From the NCBI RefSeq assembly GCF_964355755.1, contig NC_092677.1, forward strand, positions 22,555,175-22,619,174: DNA of 64,000 bases. The letters run 5' to 3'. Shown here one piece after another: positions 13,900 to 24,946 of this stretch. How positions within the stretch are numbered: the stretch's first letter is position 1; each line of letters opens with the position of its first letter. Source of the DNA: Antedon mediterranea. Taxonomy: Eukaryota; Animalia; Echinodermata. The position numbers and the translations under genes were made by a program. The notes under the pieces were generated by a model. The model was not told the origin of the DNA and did no database searches. It saw nothing but the letters and a program-made list of their open reading frames with translations.

Positions 13900-14518
13900 C
13901 TGGAAAATAACTACAGTACACATTTTGGTCCCTGGATGGAACATGATATCACGCGTCTCGACCCAACGTTGAACGATTCGTACAAAGGGATACCGCCAGA
14001 CAAGTGCGAACCTAGCTATTGTTTAGTAGTAAGTTAGATCGCTGGCAATAATGAATGCATATAAAGTGCATAATATCACTCTGACGTACTCTCACGGTCA
14101 ATGGAACGTCGTGGTTTTCTAGGCGCTGAAGCTATATGAAGTGAACGCGAACGCTTTTTACTGTATATTATATTCCCCGACAAAAAGTACCCGTGTTCCC
14201 TTCGGTAACCGTCGGTAAACTTCGCCTGGAAAATAACTACATTACTCATCTGGATGGAACTTGATATCACGCGTCTCGACCCAACGTTGAACGATTCGTA
14301 CAAAGGGATACCGCCAGACAAGTGCGTACCTAGCTAATGTTTAGTAGTAAGTTAGATCGCTGGCAATAAATGAATGCATGAAAGTGCATAATAGCCCTCT
14401 GACGTACTCTCACGGTCAATGGAACGTCGTGGTTTTCTAGGCGCTGAAGCTATATGAAGTGAACGCGAACGTTTTTTACTGTATATTATATTCCCCGACA
14501 AAAAGTACCCGTGTTCCC
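13900..14518. repeat. ~310-bp tandem duplication inside hAT family A
   Basis: 13900-14200 nearly identical to 14226-14518. Confidence 0.9.
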
Positions 14519-15332
14519 CGACGGGGGGGCTAGACTCCCCGACGAGGGGGCTAGAGCCCCCGTAGCCCCCCCCCCCCCCCCGCTGGCGCCACCACTGACC
14601 CACTTCGCCACTCTTCCCAATGGTGTATTGTTGTCGATTTTTTTGTAGCAGAATCTACACATATATGGAGGGTGTACCCTTCAACATCGAGGGAAACATC
14701 CAGGCCGGTTATCTTGTTTTGATTTTCTTTAATTTTTGATTTTCTGTATTCAATTTTCCCATTATTTGATTTGTAAGGTCTAATTCACCACATAACCTAC
14801 ATAATAATTGAAGATTGGCTAAGTGGTCCTCCATAATTGGTCTTGTTATCACCTACATAAAAAAAAAACTAAAATTAAGCCGGTTTTTAAACAAAGACAA
14901 ACATTTAAAATGAATATTTATCAACAAAATAGAAAATGTGAATTTTTCATAAAAACTTTTATTATTTAATAAATCGATAATTTATGTATCTAACAAATAT
15001 TTGGAACTGTTTTAAAGCAATGTGCCTAGAGAATTGGAGGTCTGACTAATATCGGACCTATTTAACCTTTCGATAAACGAAACGTTTTGAAACTTTATTT
15101 CCTAGTAGATTGTTTTATTATTTATAAAATTCAATAAAAAAATTCTTACTTTTATTAAGTTATCGTAGTAAATTTTAACATTTACCGAAGTTTACCGAAG
15201 TTTTAAACTCCCCGTGGCTCGTGTCGAACGTGCGCGTACGAGCTACAAGTACGTTGCTACGGGAGCCGCTGATTACGCCCTCTATTTTTCGAAATCTCAA
15301 TTTCCAAACATCGCACTAGCGAGACGTACGTG

Positions 15333-15479
15333 CCGGGGGCTTCGTCCCCTGGACCCCCACCGGGGGCCCTTGGTGGCCCCCCCCCCCCCCCCTGCCTAGT
15401 GATGCTCGCTTCGCTCGCATATAGCCCCCTCGTCGGGGAATGTATCCCCCGCGTCGGGAAGATCCTGGCGCCACCCCTG
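15333..15479 (-). mobile_element. Solo inverted left end of hAT family A
   Basis: Reverse complement of 9281-9421; interrupts a Gypsy gag frame at 15480; no matching TSD partner found. Confidence 0.88.
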
Positions 15480-15870
15480 TATCCAGCTTCTCCTAAACTA
15501 CTCAATAATATCGCTCTTTTCTTACCTCCGTCATTGATATCTAATGCCACAAAATATTGTTCCAGCCTGTCCACACATACGCATATGTCTCCATCTGGAT
15601 GTTAAATTCCTCGAATAGAATTCTGGTATTACTATTAGCCGCTGCCATTGTACCGCGCTTCGCTCTGTACGTTCAGGGCGCTCGGAATCGTTAATTAGCC
15701 TGTGCGGTTCCTTGGTTACGGTTGCCATTGTTGGAAAGCCTAGGCCTAGCTAGAACTGCTAGCCTAGAGGCCTAGGCTAGGCCTCTAGGCTAGGCCTAGT
15801 TCTATAATAATATTATTATTATTATACTTCCGTTTCTCTATGTAAATGTGCCTGCATCCCCGTCGCCAGT
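15480..15870 (-). mobile_element. Gypsy 5' region (PBS and gag N-terminus)
   Basis: DRLEQYFVALDINDGGKKRAILLSSLG gag motif; minus-strand ...CGACA-C-TGGCGACG LTR-end/PBS signature at ~15861-15874. Confidence 0.75.
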
Positions 15871-18689
15871 GTCGTGTATCGTCGTACCGTAGGTTCGTGA
15901 CAAATTAATAACACACGTTGAGATGAGTATAATAACAATGAATGGGTTTAATGAAACAAAAATAGACAACAAGTATATGGATCGTTCGTAGGATAACCAA
16001 AGAACTTATAAGTTCTTTGGGATAACCTAGCAAGGAGCATATGCGCAGTATGCGCATCAAGCGGGGTACACAATAAAGTTAGTGTATTGAAAGTACATAA
16101 TTTTGTCCTTGTGCTGTTCTTCCTATTTTTCATTAGGTCTTCACATAAGGATAGTAGCGATTGTAAAATAAAGCTACTTATTAAGTTACTTTAACAAAAA
16201 CAGAATAAATTTCAATAAACAGAAACAATACAAAAATAAAAAGAAACTGTATTGTGTAATGGTGGTTTCGGAACTTGTTTGTGGTACAAGCTCCTCCTAT
16301 TATTAGAATGAATACAATATGCCATACGGTGACATATGGTGGTCTATGACAAAAGAGAACAAAACCCTATTTTAAAAATTCATGAAGCCAAATGATGACG
16401 TCATACCATTTTGTACGTCTATTGTGTAATATACATTATCTACAAACTCGTATAGCACTATTTTAAGTCGAAATGGACTCGAATTTGGTGAATGTACTAT
16501 AGAATGGAATTTGTACAAAAAATTGTTATTTTTTACGCTTTCTATGTACGCACGCGCAAAAACGTGTTTTTGCGCAGTAATTTTTTAAACACGCAAATGA
16601 CCTAATTCATGCTAATTGATCAAAACGTAATTTTGAGCTTTTTAAATTTTTTTTTTTTTTTTTTTTTAAAGAATTTCTAATAACAGAAGATGTTTTTTGT
16701 TGGAAGGTTTGCAAATGTATATGTGTATGCTTGTGCTTAGGCCTAGCAGCAATAGGCTGGTTAAACTATAGCTAAAATACTCTTTGTCGCACTTGTTAAT
16801 AGACTAGTAACTGGTAAACAAACCCAAGGTTTATATAAAGAGCCAGGAATTAGAAGAAGTTTGACAGATCTGTGACATCTTGTTTGTGCCCTGTCGAACA
16901 TAATAAATACATCTAACCTCGTTTAAAAACAAATTCAGCAGCATTAAAAAGATGAACTCTTGGTGAGACATTGCTTGTTTAATTTAATTTTTTTTTTTAA
17001 CAAAAAAAAAACAAATATGAAGTTAAAAAAAAAAAATTCTACAAGTCGTCAAATTATAGTATGTAAATAAAATACCACTGTAACAACATTACGATTGTAA
17101 ATTTACAGATTTTACCAGAAATGACATAGGCCTAGATTCTGTAAACCTGTAAAATCGGTACAATTTCGTCATTTACAGTTACTGGTAAATAACATTTACC
17201 GTTACCATTATGTTAAAGCTCAGGTACAGGCATGCATTTTAAATATAATATCTGGTTAATTGTACATAAATCAAATATTTGTAACAGAAATCAAAACGAA
17301 AAAATAGGATTTTCCCTTGATATGGTCAAATGCACAATTTGGCAAAATTCTGCCATAAAAACCAGGAAGACTTTTTTTCAGTAGTTAGGTAGTTTAACCT
17401 AATGTAATAACATGTCTTGTGACTCCCTAGAAGGTGAAAAAAGATGGTGGATATACGGTGGATAATTGTTGCTATAGTATGAAAATAAAAATCTAAAGTT
17501 GAATAAAAATACCGGAAATGTAAAATTGAAGTTATATTACCTATATTTAGTCATCTGATTCATCATCATTTTTTACCACACCGTTAATTTTTCATAGCTT
17601 TTTGAAATGCCTCTCTATTTACAAAATTTGTGTACAAAAGAATAGAGATTTTACTGTGTAATTTGAACTATCCCCCACTGATAAGAAAGTGCTTATTTTC
17701 AACAAGCTCGTGTAACACAAATAAAATCACAAACATTCTAAAACATAGGGGAAACTATAGATCGATAATTATTGGAATGTATGATCAATAGAAATTTTTT
17801 GCCCGCACTTTAAAATAAAACACAAGCAAAATTAATCACAAAAAAAAATGACATTTATTAAAATACCCGACATGTAAATTAACAAAAATTATGTAAATGA
17901 TGTGTTAATTTAACAAGACTACTGTTGTATATTACAGAAATCATTAAAATACAAATACTCAGAAAACATTTTGTAAGGTTGGACAGATTTATAAATACCG
18001 TACATGTAAAGTTAACATATATTATGGAGATTGTAGTTTAATTTTCAAAAACGAATGTTATACTACAAACAACCTGTTAAAGTACACACACATTATATAT
18101 GTAAAATTACAAATATTTAAATATAAATATGTTTTTTACGATAAAAACCTGTAAATAAAATACAGATGAATTTTCTCTTTCTTAGAGTTTATGAGAATAG
18201 AAATATTTAAAAAGTTATAACCGTCAATTTTAATGTAGGACATCACACTCAATGCGGATAAACGTTATTTATAAACTTGTTTATACACATAATTAGATTC
18301 TCCGTATACATCATACAGAAAAAGTGTCTATTTGGAGTGCTAAAGTAGGCCTGTATAAAGTTATAGCCAGCAATGACATGTCAATGATTACAATGTCACG
18401 CTCTTTTTCGATCATGTGACGTGAATAGGCAATTTCATAAGTGCTAGTTCAGGAAAAAGAGATTCAATAGCATGTTCAAAGACTACATCGTATCATGTAA
18501 CAAACAAAGACAGGAACTTCCTTTTACTATATAAATTCTTGTTTCATAGTCAATATTTAATGTAGGGCTACGTTTCAATACAAAAGAGCGTGATGGAACC
18601 AATACAATGCATTCTGTAAGTAATAATTATTTATAACTCTTTAAATCAAAGCTTTTAACCCTTTAAGACCTTAATCATCATGTCGGAGT

Positions 18690-18880
18690 TTGACTGTACT
18701 TCATGATTTCATTCATTGTATTGTTGTGTCAATGCGCCATGAGCATCTAATTTGTGATGGAAACCGGCGCAATATAAATAAGATTTCCTTATTAATATTA
18801 CGCACAGATCTTGGAAAACACAGCGCTTTGAAACCTTTGTCTCTTGCGCTTTATAAATGTTATTTATTATTATTATTATT
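18690..18880 (+). repeat. Two short L2-type LINE/SINE 3' tails
   Basis: GCGC...GCGC(a/t)(a/t)TATAAAT stem-loop tails ending in (TTA)n, resembling tails at 39870-39937 and 45758-45836. Confidence 0.5.
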
Positions 18881-21800
18881 CTTATTTGTCGGTTATCTCC
18901 AGTGTTCTTCTGGGTTGTTGGTCATGTCTCAACTGCTTCCCAATAACACTTTCTTAATATGTGTGCTGTTCCCAGGATGGCCGACATGTGAGCGGTCCCT
19001 ACAGAGCCGGTACATTTAAATTTTCATGCATGTTTTTGCATTTTTGGAAATTGTTCCAACAGCGCAAATTATGATTGGAACCACAATAACTTTTGCTCTG
19101 TGGATTTTATTGATTTCAAAAGCCAGATCTTGGTAATTTGTCTACCTTTTCTTTCTCTCTGTTTAGGCTATTATGTTTTGGTTCGCTGTCAGCTATGTCA
19201 ACCAATGTCCACTCATATGTGGGCCTACATTTCTTCACAATAGTAATATCAGGTCGATTGTGTTTAATTTCTTGTCTGTGTAGACTGTCATATCCCAAAT
19301 AATTCGAATGGGTTTTTTTCTGTGACTAATAATGGCTGATGGTCATACCATTTTCCAGTACAGTCGATTCCCGATGTACTCGCAATGTTACCTTGTCATG
19401 ACGCTTTCTATACCCTCTCTGGGCGAGCACCTTGCATCTACTGATATGTCTTACAGTTTCAGTATAGTCTTCACACAATCTACATAACGGTGTTTTTTAG
19501 AAGTCTTATCTATACTGTATTTTATCGCATTCGTTCTTACAGCTTGTTCTTGAGCAACTAGTATTAAACCTTCTTCACAAAACCATTCCTAAGCTACAGT
19601 ATCTACAAGAATCGTCTCCTGATACATCTGCTGTTTGTCGCACAAACTCTCCGTGTAGGGCTTTCTCTTTCCAGCCCTTGGTTTTCTCCTCTAGCCGCCT
19701 CCTCTGATAATCTATAAGATTTTTTTTTTCATCTAACACCTTCTCCTTTAGAGCAAATTGCAGCATCCACTCTGTAGTATTTGTTAGGTAGCCACGCAGT
19801 GACTTACTCTCTTTCCTTACACAGTCCTCAATGCTGATCAGCCCTTTTTCACCTTCCTTCTTCGGTACATATAGTCCCATGACATTACTTCTGGTATGCA
19901 TACTTCCAATCATTGCTATGATTTTTCTAGTTCGTCTGTCGATGTTGCCAAGTTCTTCCACCGACCAATCAATTATTGCGTGAGGCCACTTATCATGTTT
20001 CCCTCATTTAGTTTAGATTTACATAGATCTTGTCTTCATCTTGGCATTAAGAATCTTATCTAGCTGTAATATACTCATGGTATTTGTAGCCGTCTTCTCC
20101 AACCTCTCCGATATGTTGATCGTCAAACAAATGCAATCCACTACAGACAATCTGTCTACCTTTTCCATTTCTAGAACCGCACACTTCCAATATCTTGTGA
20201 AATACAACCTGAAAAATCTAGTCTAGTATATTTTTATTAAATCCATACAACTTCAGAGTCATCCATGAACAAAAGATGGTTAATTATTATGCTTCACGCC
20301 CTTTTCAAATTTATAACCCGCTCTCACCTTCCGTAATACAAGGGTCAGTGGCAGCATGATTAAGACAAACATTAACGGTGATAAGTCTCCTTGGAAAATT
20401 CCTCTTTTGATGTCCACTTCCCCGATATCTAATCCGCTTTATGTCTGTATGTACCGTTTTCCAATTCGACATGCTATTCCTTATCACGGTTATCATGTTC
20501 TACGCCCCACAACCATCTCTAAGCATTTGAAAATCCACGAATGTGGTACCATGCCATAAGCTTTTTATAGTCTATCCACGCCATTGACAATTTAGTCAAT
20601 CTTCTTCGGCAATTCTTTAGGCTTACCTTGTCTACCAGTAAATGGCCCTTTGTGCCTCGTCCTCTTTTTCTGCAATCTTTTTGTTCATCAGCTAGAATGT
20701 TGTTCCTAATCAAGATGGTACAGCTTTTTTCCTAAGATTCGGCCATATAGGCCATACTGCGTTGAAACACCGGTTCTCATCAGATCACCGAAGTTAAGCA
20801 ACGTTGGGCCCGGTTGCGTTCTGGAAATAGCGGCGGGTGCTGTACATAAGCCAGAGAGTGGCCGAGCGGTTAAGGCAGGGGCGCCGCCACAAAAACCATA
20901 GCCATACAATCGGCCCAGGTTAAAGTCACTTTTCGACCATTATTCTGGTGGTAGAACAAGTCTTCTCGGATAATGACTTAAAACTGGAGGTCCAGTGTAC
21001 ACATCTGGCTACACACCAGTACATCTTTTTCGGAAGAGTAGGGGATTACCCTGGTGTACAGGTCAATTCAGCCCCTGTCGTTGTGGACAGACGAACAGGC
21101 GCCGTTTAGTAGCAGCACTTGACACAAAGGGACCCTTAGGGGAGTAGAGAGTTGTGGTATGTGTTGTCCACACCTATGCGTAATTCAGCCCAGTAGGCTG
21201 CGAGTCGCAGGTTATTCCCACATTTACATTTACATTCCTGTGAGTAGTTTCCACATTTTTGGCAGACAGGCAATAGGACGAGTTATTTGCCTGGGTGCCC
21301 TTTGCAGGAGTTATTTTTGAATTAATACTGTTCTTCCTTTTACCATCCACTCAGGCACATTTCCTTGGGACATACAGTCATTCAGGTGTAATGCAGAGGC
21401 ATTTTAAAACCAGTATCCATGGACAAGGTCAGGTTCTTCAGCTGCCTTCCAATTTGTCATCTTATTAACTGCTGTTCTGATACCTACTATAATTATTTTT
21501 ATATCGTCTTGTATTTCAATCGCATTGAACTCTTCCTCAACCTCTTCTAGCCAAGAAGCACACTCTTCCGACCAAATGTTTTCCCAAGGGTTGTTCTAAC
21601 TCTTCTTCAGGTTGTTTTAGCTCTTCTTTTCCCTTTCCCTCCAGAGTTTGATAAAAACCGTTTCTGGTTTGTTCTAAATTGGCGGTTCTGTTTGAACTGT
21701 TTACATCTTTCATCATATCTCCTAACCTTAATTCCTCCTGCCTTGATTTTCTGCTTTAATATGTCTGAAACTTGCCTTTCTCTTCGAGGCTGTATTTTCT

Positions 21801-21960
21801 ATTCAATCTATCTTTTTCTTTGTGTTTTAATCTCATGTTTCCTTTTCGGATTTCCTCGATCTTGCTGAGATCTTTTCTCCATGTTTCAATACTTTGTTTT
21901 ATTTTTATTATTATTTTTTGTTATCCGCTTGTAGAGCGGATAACTCCTTGTGATTGTATT
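18880..21960 (-). mobile_element. Decayed R4/Dong-like non-LTR retrotransposon (RT plus restriction-like endonuclease)
   Basis: Fragments [46 protein letters not shown]...LVDIA; 3' end abuts a (TAA)n tract, as for Dong elements. Confidence 0.85.
20741..21236 (+). mobile_element. 5S rRNA-derived SINE (SINE3-like) with Deu/Nin-like core
   Basis: Head GGCCATACTGCGTTGAAACACCGGTTCTCATCAGATCACCGAAGTTAAGCAACG matches the 5S 5' two-thirds; core GAAGAGTAGGGG..ACCCTGGTGT; (ACATTT)n tail; interrupts the R4 frame with ATTC on both sides. Confidence 0.8.
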
Positions 21961-23580
21961 GGATCAATATTTTTTTTTTCTGTATATGTTCTTCTTTCTT
22001 TCTCGCTATTTTTGTGCATCGCGTTTCTCTAAAATGTGTAAACATAACATTTCATAACCTTGACAACAAGTGGCCATTTACGTAAAGTTGTGCGCCTTCT
22101 AGTTTGAATGACGTCAGAGTTGCGCAACGTGACTTAAGCGCGATTTTAGGATTTTTAATGATTGATCATAGATTAAAAACTAAGCTTTATTTTTTTTTAC
22201 ACTTGGTGAAAATCTAAGTCATATCAAGGTCAAACTTGCTATGGATTAAAAATGGCATGTTTCACAAGAAGTTACGCGCGCACGCGCATTTTAAATTTAA
22301 AAATGCGCAAAATTAATTTCTAATCAACTTTCTACGCTGATCATGACATTTTGAGGATTTCAAAAATTCCCGCGCGTGCGAAACAAATTACGCGTAAGGT
22401 GCGCACGGAGTATGAAAAACATGGTTTTTTTCCTTGGATTATATTTTTCAAGCCTTTCCTACTAATTTTAAAAACAATTTAGACCTTTTCACTTTAAATA
22501 ACGCCATACGAACACGTTGAATTAGATAATTCGCGCGCATTTTTGATGAAAAATCTTAAAAAATCGTCAAAATAATGTCTTTTTTTTTAAACAGTCATAG
22601 TTTCTAAAGTAAACCATGAACCTATTATTTTTATTACAAAATCTAGAAGTTAATGAGTTGTAGATATCGATCATGCATCAATTAGGCTAAAGAAACATTG
22701 TGACGTCATCGTATGGCCACACGAATGTAAAATATAGGATTTATGTCTCTTTCGTTACTGCTCATAACATTCAATAGAGCGCATCTCGCTTATCCGTATT
22801 CAATTTGCCCCGAGATTTTAATATTGTCTAGGTCAATCAACTATCTTTCGCATGAGTTAAAAATATTTTAATTTTTATAACGTCATCATGCCTAAAAATT
22901 GTAATTACGTGTGGCATTAATTTCATCTTTACAGTGAATTTTAATCTGTTATAGCTCGTAAGAATAAAATGTGATAATCACAATTAAAACGTTTTCTGGA
23001 AGATACGAATTTATATGCACATTTTGCCAATCTGATGTTGTGACGTCATCATATGGCCACTTGACTTAAAAAAGTCGTATTTTCATCTTTTGCGTCATAG
23101 TTCATTACATTTAAAAGAGCGCGCATCAATATTTCCCGTATTCAAATTTCTCAAAACTGAGATAATTTCCTCCCGAAATTGCTATCTTAGTGTTTCATTT
23201 TGATACGGAACCATGTTAAAAATGGCGGGTTCCGTAATTTCACCTATTCTACACTGTATGTAATATGTATACAGATTATACTGTTTATACTGTATATACT
23301 ATATGACACAAAATAGACAGAATTCAGCACTAACATATATTATAACAACGTATAATATTCTTCAGTACAGGTCATAATGCCATAATCTGTGTGCAATATT
23401 CCAACGTATGACGTGCACGTGGAGTTTGTCGTGCGGATAAATAACTCATCAAAGAGTTATTTGTATTATTATTATTATTATTATTTGAATTATATTATTG
23501 TACAAATATGTCTTTTTTATGTGATTAGTTTGAAAAGGTTTTAAAACATTTTTTTATTCTCAAATTTTCTTGTTTTCAAG

Positions 23581-24909
23581 TTTGCTTGTTTTAGTAACTT
23601 CTTCATCAGCAGACGATTGGTTGATATGGACAGAAGTGGACACAAGAAACCCATCGGTACCGGCTGTAAAAATTGTAACTATGTCTGCAAATCTATCGAA
23701 ATATGAAGCAGGCACAAAGGCAGATGTTGAAAAAACGTTAACATTTAATGTTGAACCAGGAAAGTTTGTTGCTTTAGACACTGACAATACCGATCAGACG
23801 GTATTTTTCAGTGCTAGCTTGCGCACGTCGGTATACAAAGCAAAATTATTTGCAAATAATAAGAGTGTTAGTGTAGTAATCGATAAAACCTCCAAAAATG
23901 TTGAAGGAATTGCTGTCGACTGGCTGGCAAAAACTCTATACATTATTGACCAGACATACAACTGGATTTTTCTAATCAATTATAAGGACAATCGACGCTA
24001 TGTTATTTTGGTGAGAGAAGGATTAGACAAGCCACGTGGAATAGCAGTTCATCCAGTCAAAGGGTGATATAATATTTTTTTTAATATTATTCATAGCAAT
24101 TTATTATTTAATGTTACTTTGACAAGAAATTATTAGCAATAAATATATACTGTACATTTAATTTAGTACATGTCACCTTTTCTCTACTACAACAATTTAA
24201 AACCCGACAGTTTAGCGCAAGTTAGCGAGTACTTGAAAAAGGAAGAAATAATAAACGGCGGGTAATAAATGTCAACAGAAGGAGTTGAGCAAATAATAAT
24301 CATTTTCTAAAAATGCCTTAGGCCTATTGAACGTGTATTTATTTAAAAAATCAGGAACATCTGTCTTTCTGGCCATATAAATTCTTTCTTTTACAGACTT
24401 TTATTTTGGAGTGACTGTGGAAAAGTGCCGAAAATAGAAAAAGCAAATCTCGATGGAACAAACCGAACAGATTTTATCACCACTGGTATTACCTCGCCTA
24501 ACGGGCTCTCTGTTGACTATGCCGACAACAGGTAACTTATACTGTACTAACAACAAAACAAATTGCAATTGTTCTATCGGATATATATACAAACACAGTA
24601 GGCAAAGAACATTAATTCTAAACCGCCCGGTGATATACTGAAATTTAATTAATTAATTTGAAACGATAAAGATGAGGAAATCTGTGAGAATGAGAAAAAG
24701 TCGCCCCAACCGAGACTCGAACTCGGACCGTCTACTTGATATGCAGTTGCCCTAACCATTAGACCACTGGGGCTTTCATGGTATTGTTCAAACTCGATTG
24801 GATAGCGACTCTTTAACATTCTCGGCGTGGTACGGCGGAACCAACAGCACTAGTCCTCAGTTGTACACACGCGCAACAGAGATCAAATTGATACGCCCTC
24901 ATCTTACAG

Positions 24910-24946
<37 letters not shown>

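Larger units (their letters stand above)
9281..14597. mobile_element. Non-autonomous hAT element (family A)
   Basis: TIRs CAG(G/T)GGTGGCGCCAG; perfect 8-bp TSD ACCCACTT at 9273-9280 and 14598-14605; subterminal CCCCGACGnGGGGG repeats at both ends. Confidence 0.92.
8129..14834 (-). pseudogene. RAG1 N-terminal-like transposase gene remnant (CND/Chapa-like zinc motifs, C3HC4 RING, ZFA, NBD-like), split by a nested insertion at 9281-14597
   Basis: ATG 14834: MEDHLANLQLLCRLCG...DVSLDVEG/VHPPYMCRFC...KW, resuming at 9272 VPHKRTSCEAC...GGRPPKKKRG, RING CNICKLLCQCPVVPPCQHITCKTC...CCVC, LSLNVTCKCC...H; phase-0 intron 8595-8398; exon 8397-8129 IPKARVDSS...LSLKTNLGLTWTRNRELKR; several frameshifts. Confidence 0.85.

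Noticed and set aside
6106-15479. One large hAT element bounded by CAGGGGT ends
   Set aside because: Ends share only 7 bp and the flanks TGGTGATA and TATCCAGC are not a TSD
20741-20830. Functional 5S rRNA gene
   Set aside because: Similarity ends before the 3' end, there is no T-run terminator, and it continues into a SINE body and tail
24702-24773. Functional tRNA gene
   Set aside because: Imperfect anticodon arm with an atypical ATC anticodon, embedded in repeat-like flanks
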